Source: an uncultured Thermoanaerobaculia bacterium
Lineage (GTDB): Bacteria; Acidobacteriota; Thermoanaerobaculia; Multivoradales; Multivoraceae
Reading direction: 5' to 3'
Assembly (NCBI GenBank): GCA_951813015.1
Contig: CATOTG010000002.1
Span: 402,101-466,100, forward strand
DNA: 64,000 bases
In this document: in pieces, positions 50,137-60,463 of the stretch
How positions within the stretch are numbered: position 1 is the stretch's first letter
Layout of the letters: each line of letters begins with the position of its first letter
Made by a program: the position numbers and the translations under genes
Notes under the pieces: model-generated
What the model was told of the DNA's origin: nothing
Database searches by the model: none
What the model saw: the letters and a program-made list of their open reading frames with translations, nothing else

Positions 50137-52661
50137 TCTTGGAGGAGGAGGAGTTCACGATGTCACGATCAAGAGCCCGGTACGCCCCGGAGTACCGGCA
50201 GCAGATGGTAGATCTGGTCCGGTCCGGGCGTAGCCCGGACCAACTGGCTCGCGAGTTCGAGCCGTCAGCGCAGTCGATCCGGAACTGGGTGGCCCAGGCG
50301 GACCGGGACGAGGGCCGCCGGAGCGACGGCAGCACGACGGCGGAGCGCGAGGAGTTGCGGCGGCTGCGCCGGGAGAACCGCCGGTTGCGGGAAGAGCGGG
50401 CAATCCTGGCAAAAGCAACGGCCTGGTTCGCTCGGGAGACGGGACCGAAGGGGTCTTCCGGTTCATGAGAGCGCACCAGGCCGAGTTCCACGTCACGACG
50501 ATGGCCCGCGTGCTCGGCGTCTCCACGAGCGGGTACTACGCCTGGCTTGGGCGGCCACGCTCGGCCAGGGAAAAGTCGAACCGTCTTCTCGCCGCGCGTG
50601 TGCGGGCGATCCACGAGCGAAGCCGCGGGACCTATGGCGCGCCGCGGATTCAGGCCGAGCTGGCCGACGAGGGAGTTTCTGTGAGCCGCAAACGGATCGC
50701 AAGGCTGATGCAAGAGTCCGGCTTGGCCGGCGTAAGCCGGCGCAAGAAGCCGGGGACGACCCGCCGCGATCGGAAGGCTCGACCGGCGCCGGACCTCGTG
50801 GACCGGGAGTTCACGGCCGAGGCTCCTGACCGCCTGTGGGTCGCGGACATCACCTATGTGCCAACGCTGGCCGGGTTCCTGTATCTGGCCGTCGTGCTGG
50901 ACGTCTTCAGCCGCCGGATCGTCGGCTGGGCGATGGCCTCCAGCCTTCAGACGGACCTCGTGATCGATGCTCTGAACATGGCCGTCGCCCAGCGCCGACC
51001 CGGTGAAAGTGTGATTCATCACTCGGATCAAGGCAGCCAGTACACTTCGCTGAAGTGGCTCTTCAGGGTTTCGTGTGGAACGTGAGTGAATCGGGGTAGA
51101 GGTCGAGTCCTCCGAGATGGAAGTAGATGGCGGTGCGGAAGCGGTCTCGGTTCCGGTAGCCGCGGGCGGACTTCTTGAGCCACTGAATGACGGAGTTGAT
51201 GCCCTCGAGGCGAGCGTTCGTGACGCCACGCTCGATGGCGTTCAGCACGCCGTCGAGATGGGCCTTGATCATTCGCGCGACCTGCTTCATCGGTTCCAGC
51301 CGGCTGCGGATTGCCCACGAGTACCAGCCCTGCAACACAGCCAGCGCCTCGGCGCGGTCCCGGGTCTCCCACATCATCATCGCCACCTCCTTCAAGTGCC
51401 AGCAGCGGGCTGTCTTCGTCGTGCCGTCGATCAACTCCTTGAAGCGAGGCCATCGGTGCGCCGGCACCCGATCCGGGTGGTACAGCCACAGGTAGCGCGT
51501 GTCGGTCAGGCCGTCGTCGCCCAAGCGAAGCAACTGCCGGTGCTCCTCACTGCGCACCGCGTTCACGGCGTCGCCGAGATGAGCCGCGACGTGGAACTTG
51601 TCGTACGCGATCTTGGCCCCGCCGTCCGGCAGACACGACACCGTCGCCGAGATGTACGCCGGCCACATGTCCATCGCCACCGTCTCGATCCTGGAACGCT
51701 CGGCATCCGACAACGACTCGTAGTACGAAGACAGAGCGTCCTTGCCGCGGCCGTCCGCCACGTGATGCACCCGCGGCTCGCCCTCGAGGTCGGCCACCAC
51801 CGTCACGTACTCGTGGCGCTTCTGAAACGACGTCTCGTCCACGCCCAGGACTCTCGATGCCGGCGCCGAGCCACGCCGCTTCAAGCCGCGCTTCACCGCA
51901 CGCTCCTGTACCCCGGACACCTGGTCCCAGCTCAGCTCCAGAAGCCGGGCCACCGCCGAAACGCTCGCCTCGCCCAGCCAGTCGATGACCAAGGCCTCGA
52001 ACAACGCCGTCAAACGCGAGCCCGCGTCCGACCAAGGCACGCCAATCGTCCGCACACCGTGCTCCGAGCACCGCACCCGAGGCACGTCGGCGGTCAGGAT
52101 CGTACGGTACTGGCAGGTCGGCAGATGCCGCCAGCGCCGACGACGCGAGTCGTGGCGGCTCGCCGCCGAGCCGCACTCGGGACAACGGTACGACTCGCCA
52201 CCGCCCCGAGCCACGAACACCTCCACCTCACCGGCCTCAAGCCGAAGCTCAACGCCCGTCACCTCCCACGGACTCTCGATGCCCAGAATCCGACCGTACA
52301 AGTCTGTGTCACGCATCGCGCCAGACTACGGCATCTCCACCATCAACCCTGAAGAGCCGCTGAAGTTCGGGAAACGTTGCCGCGAAGCCGGCATCGTGCT
52401 CTCGATGGGCTCCGTGGGAGACTGCTTCGACAACGCCATGGCCGAGAGCTTCTTCGCCAGCCTCGAATGCGAACTGCTTGACCGCACCGTCTTCAGCAAC
52501 CACGCGGAAGCCAGAGGCGAGATCTTCCGCTACATCGAGGGCTGGTACAACACGCGCCGGAGACACTCGTCCATCGGACACCAGTCCCCCGTCAACTTCG
52601 AAAAGGCGTACCAGGAAGCCGCCTGAATACCCAAACACTAACCGTCCACGAAACCGGGGCA
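50112..52661 (+). mobile_element. IS3-family insertion sequence (orfA 50160..50468; orfB 50465..51057 plus 52359..52626) interrupted by an ISL3 element
   Basis: Imperfect terminal IRs TGACCCGGTTCCGTGGAC / GTCCACGAAACCGGGGCA. OrfA has an HTH and leucine zipper (RRLRRENRRLREERAILAKA). OrfB has an rve core (LWVADITYVPT, HHSDQGSQYTS, ...GDCFDNAMAESFF) split exactly at the ISL3 target. Confidence 0.85.
51058..52358 (-). mobile_element. ISL3-family insertion sequence (transposase 51063..52316) nested in IS3 orfB
   Basis: 417-aa ISL3-type transposase. Terminal IRs GGCTCTTCAGGGTT / AACCCTGAAGAGCC. Perfect 8-bp target-site duplication GCTGAAGT at 51050-51057 and 52359-52366. Confidence 0.85.
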
Positions 52662-52770
52662 ACTCCATCTGTCATGGGACAAGGCTCTTCTGCCACGGGT
52701 TGCTATACTCACCGACCGAGGAGGCACCCAATTGGCTACAGAAGCAAGACTTGGGGGAGGTTGTAGAAGT

Positions 52771-53799
52771 ATGAGGCATGGTCTTCCACTTGTGACCAGC
52801 CTGCTGGCCGTGGTCCTGTTGGCGCCGCCAATGGAAGGACAGGGACCACCGGACGAGATCCCGGAACTGCTCTGGATCTCGGCGGCAAGGGCTCTTGACG
52901 AGGAGATTCCGGACAGTGTGCATCCGAGCGCGCGGAAGCTGATCAATGAGCAATCGGAGAAGTTCCGGGCGACGTTCGGTTCAGCCGCCAGCCACGATCT
53001 CCGCGAGGGGCATCTTGCACCCGAGGAGTTCTGCACCGTCAAGGGCATCGGTGCGGGAATCCTCTTCCTCGGTCCCGACACGGGTGGTGAGTTCGGAAGC
53101 GGGCTGCTTCTCGCCGAGGTGGCGGTCGTCGCGACCGTGGCGGACATCATCCCCGGTTTCGGCAGCGACGCCTGGATTGAGTCCCTCCTGGAGCTCAGCG
53201 ACGCGGTTCCGCTCCACGGTCGGTCCCCCATCCCCGACTATGTCCTTCTGCCGGTACAGAGGGTAGTCGCCGAAGACCGCGTGTTCTGTGGCGGTTATGG
53301 TGCAGAGTTCGACCCGGTCATCGGAACCCGCGTTGTCGTGATCGGCCCTTGGGTCGAGGGCGTGGTTCCTGTCGGTCCGGGACCGGGAAACTCGACCCTG
53401 TTCGCCATCGTGCGGAAAGACGGCGAGTCGCTGCGCTGGTCGCACGGCAGCACCGGCCCCGACAACCTCGTTGATCTGCAATGGCGTGTGGAAGAGGCTG
53501 TCCGCGGCAACCTCTTCAAGCTGACATCGCATCTGGCCCGGCTCAGAGAACGCGCGGAGGAACGCCAGCAGTTTGGGGATGAATGGTTGCGACGAACGAG
53601 GCGGGGCTGCCGCCTTGTCGCCGTCGACGAGGAAAGCGGAGAACAAACCGAGATATGCATCGGCTCCAACGCAACCGCAGCGGCGAAGGCGCGATTCCGG
53701 AAAGCCTGGCAGCAGCAATGCGCGGACGGTGGAGAAGACCCGTTCGTTGAAGTGTTGTCGGGCGACGAGCGGACCAAGGCGAGCATCTGCAACCGGTGA
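52771..53799 (+). CDS. hypothetical secreted protein (lower-GC cargo gene)
   Basis: GGGGGAGG 10 nt upstream of ATG 52771. Signal peptide LPLVTSLLAVVLLAPP. No recognisable domain. Stop overlaps the GTG start of the next gene. Confidence 0.55.
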   Translation: MRHGLPLVTSLLAVVLLAPPMEGQGPPDEIPELLWISAARALDEEIPDSVHPSARKLINEQSEKFRATFGSAASHDLREGHLAPEEFCTVKGIGAGILFLGPDTGGEFGSGLLLAEVAVVATVADIIPGFGSDAWIESLLELSDAVPLHGRSPIPDYVLLPVQRVVAEDRVFCGGYGAEFDPVIGTRVVVIGPWVEGVVPVGPGPGNSTLFAIVRKDGESLRWSHGSTGPDNLVDLQWRVEEAVRGNLFKLTSHLARLRERAEERQQFGDEWLRRTRRGCRLVAVDEESGEQTEICIGSNATAAAKARFRKAWQQQCADGGEDPFVEVLSGDERTKASICNR

Positions 53800-56092
53800 G
53801 AAGAGCAGTTGTCTTTCTCGCTCTCGTCACCGGTATTGCCCCTACAGCAGAAGCCCAGGAAGCCCCTGTCGATTGTACGCCGGGATCCATGTCCGCCGAG
53901 TACGGTGGCGCTCTCTCCCGCAATGGCATCTCTCTGATCAGCCCGTCAGGCGATCACTTCGTCAGTGACTCCGTGCGCAACGGCGCGATCGGCAAGTGGA
54001 CGGGGGAGAACGGCTGTGCAGAGAATCAACGGCCTCCGCTGTTCACCAGAGCCGTCAGTAACACGGAAACGTGGAAGGTCAGGCAAGGGCGATACACGGA
54101 TTTTCCAGACGTAGTCACGAATGTCGAGCGCTACAGAACCAGAACGTCTGCGGCGTAGCGCCACTGGGTACCAGCCGGACCATCTACATCTTCGACGAGA
54201 CGGGCTGCAAGAAAGAGTGGCGCAAGATCGAGATCCTGGCCCATGAACTGGGTCACGCAATGAGACTCGGTCATGCAGATCAGGATCGACAATGCAGTGA
54301 CCGGCTGATGTATCACACACGGAGTCTGAAGGATTCAACCACGGACAAGAGGAACCCCCACGTGGACGACTGCGAGGCGCTCAAGCGGGAGAAGGACCGT
54401 GACTCGGGTGACGACGACGACGACGACGACGACGACGGTGGCGGTGGCGGTGGCGGTGGCGGCGGTGGCCCCGACCGTGGCGAAGGGGTCGATTGCGCTG
54501 CAGATCCCTGGCGCCCGGAGTGCCGCCAGACATTGGTGGTTTGCCGCACTAAATGTACTGAGGTAGAAGGTGGCTCGGTTTGCAATGTCGTATGTACCGA
54601 ATACGCGTTCTCTCCGGGCACCAGCGGCGGTGGATCGACGACGCAAACCGGCGTAGGCAGGCGGAACTACACGATCAAGCTGTCTGCCGAAGCTTCGGTC
54701 AGTGTGTCGTTGACGGGCATGGACCGGGACGTCGACTGTCGGGTTGGGAGTTCACGCTGCACGAACCGGTGGGGCACGCTGGACGATTCGTGGAGCGGCA
54801 CCCTGGCAGCGGGCGAGCACACGGTGACGGTCTACCCTTACCAGGGCGGGACCGGCAGCTACACGCTGACAGTGACCGCGACCAGTACGGCGACGCCACC
54901 ACCGCCACCGCCGCCGCCGCTGGCAGTGCCGGCCGTTTCTGATTCCCGGTCTCCGTCAGGCGGCTCCTTCGACACGGTGCTCCCTGCTGCAACCGGAGGC
55001 GCCGCACCTTACGCATACAGCGTGTCGGGGCTGCCGGCGGGGATCACGTTCGTTGCGTCGACGCGGCGTGCTAGCGGGACGCTTCCGACCGTCACGACCG
55101 ATACGGACTACACGATCACGTACACCGCTACGGACAGTGCAAGCGCCTCTTCGTCCGTGACCTTCGTTGCTACCGTCGTTGCGCCGTCGGCGCCGTCGGC
55201 GCCGGCGTTGAACGGCTCGGTGTCGGGGCGGACGCAGACCCTGACCTGGACGGCGCCTGCCGGCGGCGGGATCACGCGCTACCAGTTGCAGACCAGAGCA
55301 TCGGCGGCCCACCCATGGCATTTTACGGGCGCAGGAACGCCGTCGCCGTCGTCCAACATCGGTTCGAGCGTGAGGTCATGGAGCGTGGTCACCCCCTGGA
55401 CCCTGGTTCGTCACTATCGGGTGCGGGCGACGAATGCGGTCGGAGACGGCGTTTGGTCCAATGTCGTCGAACTGACAACTCCGCCGGCGCCGCCGCCGCC
55501 GTTGTCAGTGCCGGGAATCCCCAACTTCCGGTTGCCGTCAGGCGGCTCCGTGAACACGGTGTTCCCGGCGGCAACCGGAGGGACGGTGCCTTACGCGTAC
55601 AGCATGTCGGGACTGCCGCCGGGGATTACGTTCGTCGCGTCGACGCGGCGTGCTAGCGGGACGCTTCCGACCGTCACGACCGAGACGGACTACACAATCA
55701 CGTACACCGCCACGGACAGCGCGAGCGCGTCTGCCAGCGTGACGTTCGTCGCAACGGTGAGAGCGCCTCCGCCCCCTCCGCCCCTTTTGCCACCGCCGTC
55801 AGCACCGCAGCTCAGCGGGTCGGTTCTGCGGCAGACTCAGTCCCTGTCCTGGACCGCTCCAGCTTCAACGAGCGCGATCACGCGCTATCAGATGCAGACG
55901 AGGAATTCGGCTGCTCACTCTTGGCGGTACACGACGGCGGGTTCGCCCTCGCCGTCGTCGAACTTCAGTTCGAGCGCCAGGTCATGGAGCGTGACCACGC
56001 CTTCGGGTCTTGTCCGCCATTATCGGGTCCGGGCGGCGAGTGCGAACGGGGACGGTGCGTGGTCCAACGTGGTCGAGTTGACCTCGAACTGA
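53796..56092 (+). pseudogene. secreted metzincin-type zinc metalloprotease with poly-Asp/poly-Gly linker and 2x(Ig-like + fibronectin-III-like) repeats; apparent frameshift near 54130-54160
   Basis: Signal peptide MRRAVVFLALVTGIAPTAEA. HELGHAMRLGHAD (HExxHxxGxxH). The D9-G11 linker is encoded by (GAC)9(GGY)11. Two about 190-aa repeats (...VSGLPAGITFVASTRRASGTLPTVTTDTDYTITYTATDSASAS... / ...ITRYQLQTR...WSNVVELT). The N-terminal segment ends at a stop at 54156-54158 while the downstream reading frame is open from 54071. Confidence 0.6.
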
Positions 56093-56327
56093 TGGACGGG
56101 GTTCGCCAGCCGTTCACTCCGTATCGGCTGGAGTCCGGGCGGCCTGTAGCGTGGGTGCGGCGGCGCACACCGGTCTGACGGCGCGCACGGCCGAGCGGCC
56201 GCCGGCCCGCAGCAATCGGGCGCGGGAGACGTAGGTGAAGGCTGTGGAGGCAACTCCCTCTCTGCCAACGTACGTGACACAGCGGGCGTCCCGTTGAATA
56301 GTGGAGGGCACACGTTGGTGAGGAGGA

Positions 56328-57241
56328 TTGATGGCAAGACGAGAGCAGAGACTTGACGGCGGCTCGGAGTTCCCGGCCCCGGGGGTTGAGGAGCGTAGCG
56401 ACGAGGCCCCCGGGGCCGGCGCGTCGTCTGCAGTAGCCGTTCCCGACCCGGAAGTGCTGGCGAAGCCGACCCGGCGGCAGTTCACGGCGGAGTACCGGCT
56501 TCGGATTCTGGAGGAGGCGGACCGGTGCACGGATCGAGGCGAGGTGGGGCGTCTGCTCCGGCGAGAGGGTTTGTACAGCTCCCATCTGGCCAACTGGCGC
56601 AAGGCACGGCGAGAAGGCGCGCTTTCGGCTCTGAGGCCGAAGAAGCGTGGCCGCAAGCCCACCGAAGCCAACCCTCTGGCGCCGAAGGTGAAGCGGCTGG
56701 AAACGAAGGTGAAGCGACTGGAACGAGAACTGGACGCCGCTCGCACCATCCTGGACGTCCAGGGAAAAGTTGCAGGGCTGCTGGGATTCAGCCTCAAGGA
56801 CGGGAAGGACTGCTGATGGCGGCCCGGTCCCTGGCAGAAAAGGTCGGCGTTCAGCCGGCCTGCCGGGCGCTGGGCGTCTCGCGATCCACGTTCTACCGTC
56901 GAGCCAGGCCAGCTCCCGGACCTCAGCAGCCCCGACCAACACCCGCCCGGGCCCTGAGCAAGGTCGAGCGGGAGCGTGTCGAGGAGACCCTGGCGTCTCC
57001 CCGATTCGTCGACCGCGCTCCGGCTGAAGTGGTGGCCACCATGCTCGACGAGGGACGGTACCTGTGCTCGGAACGCACCATGTACCGCATCCTGGCCGCA
57101 AACCAACCGGTCAAGGACCGCCGCAGCCAGCGCGTCCATCCGAAGTACGCCAAGCCGGAACTGGTCGCCGCCGCGCCCAACCAGGTCTGGTCCTGGGACA
57201 TCACCAGACTGCGCGGACCGCTTCGCTCCAATCAGCAGACC
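56328..57241 (+). mobile_element. second IS3-family element, 3'-truncated (orfA 56328..56816; orfB 56816..57241)
   Basis: OrfA has an HTH and coiled coil (KRLETKVKRLERELDAART). OrfB is N-terminal only (…NQVWSWDIT) and is cut at about 57215 by the neighbouring rve-type element. Confidence 0.75.
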
Positions 57242-58542
57242 TGAAACAAACACCCCACACCCCTCTCGCCATCACTGCCGATGAGACCCCCGTTCAGGCT
57301 CATCTCTGTATGGGACTAGGCTCCAGAAGAGCTGTCCAGCGAGAAATGAGCGTGAGCCGGTTGGGATCGGGGACCATCGGAGGATGATCTTGACTCTCCA
57401 GACCCACGGACATCAGACACTTGAGGAGGTTCGCCGTTTCGTGTCGGGCAACGAGGCGGTGGACTTCGTGCTTGCCGACCGCGTTTCGGCGTACTCGTTC
57501 ATTGTCGAGACGCTGGTCAAGTTCCGTTACCGCGCGCTGCCGCGGCGCGACAAGGGCTCGATCCGGGCATACCTGATGAAGATGACCGGGATATCGGAGT
57601 CGCAGGTGACGCGCCTGATCCGGCAGTACCTGGATACGGGCGGCCTCCGGGACCGCCGGGGTGCGCAGGCCCATGCCTTCCGCCAGCGGTACACGAAGGC
57701 CGACATTCGTCTTCTGGCCTGGGGTCGACGAGGCGCTTGGCCAACTGTGCGGGCACGCCACGCGCGCGGTGATGCGGCGGATGCTCGAGGAGTATGGCGA
57801 CGAGCGCTTCGAGCGTCTGGCCGGCATGTCGAACGGCCAGTTCTACGACCTGCGCAAGTCGACGACGTACCAGCGCCGCCGCACCACGTTCAAGAAGACA
57901 CGGGCCACTGCGGTTTCGGTCGGCGAGCGCCGCAAGCCCAGGCCGAAGGGGCGACCGGGCTTCCTGCGCGTCGACACGGTGCATCAGGGGGACAAGGACG
58001 GCGAGAAGGGCGTGTACCACGTCAATTTCGTGGACGAGGTGACGCAATGGGAGCATGTGGCCACGGTGCGTGCCATTTCGGAGCGCTGCCTCGTGCCCGT
58101 GCTCAAGGAGCTCATCGAGGCTTGTCCCTTCAAGGTACGGGGCTTCCACGCCGACAACGGCTCGGGGTACATCAACCACAGGGTGGTCGAGATGCTGAAA
58201 GGGCTCCACGTCCCGGAGTTCACCAGGTCGCGCGCCCGACGCAGCGATGACAACGCGCTGGTCGAGTCCAAGAACGGCAACGTGATCCGCCGGCACTTCG
58301 GCTACCGGCACATCCCCAGGCTCTTTGCCTCCGAGGTCAACGCCTTCGCCCGCGACACGCTTTCGCCCTTCCTCAACCCGCAACGACGCCGAGACGACCT
58401 TCGACTGGTTCCTCAGGACCTGCGATGCCAAGTATCCGAAGGCGACCCACTGCCTGCTCAAGGACCGGGACCTTCGCCACGATCCGCCACCGCACAGCCC
58501 GCGCCAAGGGCTGCGTCAGCCGCAACACCATGCTGGCAATGA
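57218..58542 (+). mobile_element. IS481/rve-like element copy B: 105-bp end segment plus transposase in two frames (57384..~57720 and 57661..58542)
   Basis: N-terminal HTH part (…IRAYLMKMTGISESQVTRLIRQYL…), then a frame change to the catalytic part (FLRVDTVHQGDKDGEKG…VRGFHADNGSGYIN…NALVESKN). Possible frameshifted pseudogene. Confidence 0.7.
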
Positions 58543-58756
58543 TCTTCAAGCTCCGTACCAGCGCCCAGCGACACTGGCGACGCCTGCGTGGCTTCCGCCA
58601 CATCGCCAAAGTCATCCGCGATGTCCGCTTCGTCGACGGCATCGAACAAGCCGAGGACGCCGACCACAGCAAGAACGACACCTGATGATCAACCGCCCAC
58701 ACACGAGATCTGACCATAGCTCCAGAGGGGCACCCTGAAGTTAGGATGATCCGCCT

Positions 58757-60301
58757 ATGCACCGCACCCGGCACTCAGCCTCTGTCGCCGCCCTCGCGGC
58801 AGTCGGGGCCTGCTTCGCCGCGACCGCGCTGTCGCCTGCACCTGCCCCGGCTCAGGACGCGCCTCCGAACATTCTGTTCGCCATCGCCGACGACTGGGGT
58901 TGGCCGCACGCATCGGCCTACGGCGACCCGGTGGTGAAGACTCCCGCGTTCGACCGCATTGCCCGCGAGGGCGCCCTGGCGCACCACGCCTACGTCTCCT
59001 CGCCTTCCTGCACGCCGTCGCGCGGAGCGATTCTCACCGGTCAGTGGCACTGGCGGCTCGAGGGCGCAGCGAACCTGTGGAGCGTCTTCCCCGACCGCTT
59101 CGAGACGTACCAGGAAACGCTGAAGGGCGCGGGCTACCGCACGGGCGCCGCCGGCAAGGCCTGGGGTCCCGGAAGTACCGAAACGGAAGGACGCCAGCTC
59201 GCCGGCCGTCGCTTCGGCAGCTTCGAAGAGTTCCTGGCCGGACAGGGAGAAAGCCAGCCCTTCGCCTTCTGGCTCGGAACGTCCGATCCACACCGCCCCT
59301 TCCGCCCCGGCTCGGGCGCACAGAGCGGCATGGAACTTGACGCAATCGAGCTTCCAGCCGCTTTTCCGGACCATCCCGAGGTCCGCGGGGATGTCGCCGA
59401 CTACTACTGGGAGGTCCAGCGGTTCGACGCCCTGGTCGGCGACGCCCTGCAGTTGCTCGACGAGCAGGGGCTCTCGGACAACACGATCGTGGTCATGACG
59501 AGCGATCATGGAATGCCCTTCCCCCGCTGCAAGAGCAACGTCTATGACTGCGGGGCGCGGGTACCGCTGGCAATTCGCTGGCCCGGCCGAGCCGAGCCCG
59601 GCCTCGAGGTCAACGCCTTCATCAGTCTGACGGACCTGGCGCCCACGTTCCTGGCCGCCGCCGGCCTTCCGCTGCCGGACGCGATGACGGGCAAGAGTCT
59701 CATTCCCCTGGTCGGCGCCGGCAATGACAGCGACTTCCTCCAGGCCGTCATCGTGGCCGACGGGCGCGACCATGTGCTGACCGGCAAGGAGCGGCACGTG
59801 CCCGCACAGGAGGCGCCCGATGTGGGCGGCTACCCGAGCCGGGCGATCCGCACCCACGACTACCTCTACATCCACAACTTCCGCCCCGACCGCTGGCCCA
59901 ACGGCACGCCGAACCACGAACAGGCCGCCTACCCCGGCGCCTGGTACGCGGACACGGACAACGGGCCGACGAAGACGTACATGATCGAGAACCGGGATCG
60001 CGACGCCGAGCACCGACGGCTCTACGACCTGTCCTTCGCCAAGCGGCCCGCGGTCGAGCTCTACGACCTGCGGAGCGACCCGGACCAGCAGGTGAACATC
60101 GCCGACGATCCGGACTACCGGGCGACCAGGGACGAACTTGCCGAACGGCTCCTGGAGCGGCTGCGGGAAACCGGCGACCCGCGCGCCTCCGGCGGCGGCG
60201 ATGTCTTCGACGACTACGAGTACCTGGGAGGAGCGCCGCGTCACCCGAGTCTGCCGCGACGGGCTCCAGGCGCTCTACGACCGCCGGCAGCGAGGCCCTG
60301 A
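58757..60301 (+). CDS. sulfatase (arylsulfatase family, formylglycine-dependent)
   Basis: Signal peptide. SSPSCTPSRGAILTGQ (C-x-P-x-R FGly motif), an N-terminal metal-binding DD motif and the alkaline-phosphatase-like fold. Confidence 0.85.
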   Translation: MHRTRHSASVAALAAVGACFAATALSPAPAPAQDAPPNILFAIADDWGWPHASAYGDPVVKTPAFDRIAREGALAHHAYVSSPSCTPSRGAILTGQWHWRLEGAANLWSVFPDRFETYQETLKGAGYRTGAAGKAWGPGSTETEGRQLAGRRFGSFEEFLAGQGESQPFAFWLGTSDPHRPFRPGSGAQSGMELDAIELPAAFPDHPEVRGDVADYYWEVQRFDALVGDALQLLDEQGLSDNTIVVMTSDHGMPFPRCKSNVYDCGARVPLAIRWPGRAEPGLEVNAFISLTDLAPTFLAAAGLPLPDAMTGKSLIPLVGAGNDSDFLQAVIVADGRDHVLTGKERHVPAQEAPDVGGYPSRAIRTHDYLYIHNFRPDRWPNGTPNHEQAAYPGAWYADTDNGPTKTYMIENRDRDAEHRRLYDLSFAKRPAVELYDLRSDPDQQVNIADDPDYRATRDELAERLLERLRETGDPRASGGGDVFDDYEYLGGAPRHPSLPRRAPGALRPPAARP

Positions 60302-60331
60302 GCCTCCAAGGTCCCGCGGCTGGCTGCGCGA

Positions 60332-60440
60332 ATGCAGCAGCGACGCCTGATCGGCATCGTCGGCGGCCTGGGACCGTTCGCGCATCTGGACTTCAAGCGG
60401 AAGCTGCTTGAGGCAGCGAGCGAGTTGGTCGAAACTGATT
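60332..60440 (+). pseudogene. 5' fragment (about 35 codons) of a second Asp/Glu racemase gene, about 92 % identical to 48084..48190
   Basis: ATGCAGCAGCGACGCCTGATCGGCATCGTCGGCGGCCTGGGACCGTTCGCGCATCTGGACTTCAAGCGGAAGCTGCTTGAGGCAGCGAGCGAGTTGGTCG aligns with the racemase start. The sequence then diverges into AT-richer DNA. Confidence 0.75.
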
Positions 60441-60463
60441 CTGGACCAGAGCCTCCCGGCCAC

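Noticed and set aside
49025-51229. 734-aa minus-strand ORF spanning the IS region
   Set aside because: Runs through unrelated IS fragments (the rve transposase in another frame, antisense of IS3 orfA/orfB). Composite artefact.
58425-58685. 86-aa ORF resembling a transposase C-terminus downstream of rve copy B
   Set aside because: Too short and too weak a resemblance to assign a family. It overlaps the diverged tail of the rve ORF. Mentioned only as a possible further IS scrap.
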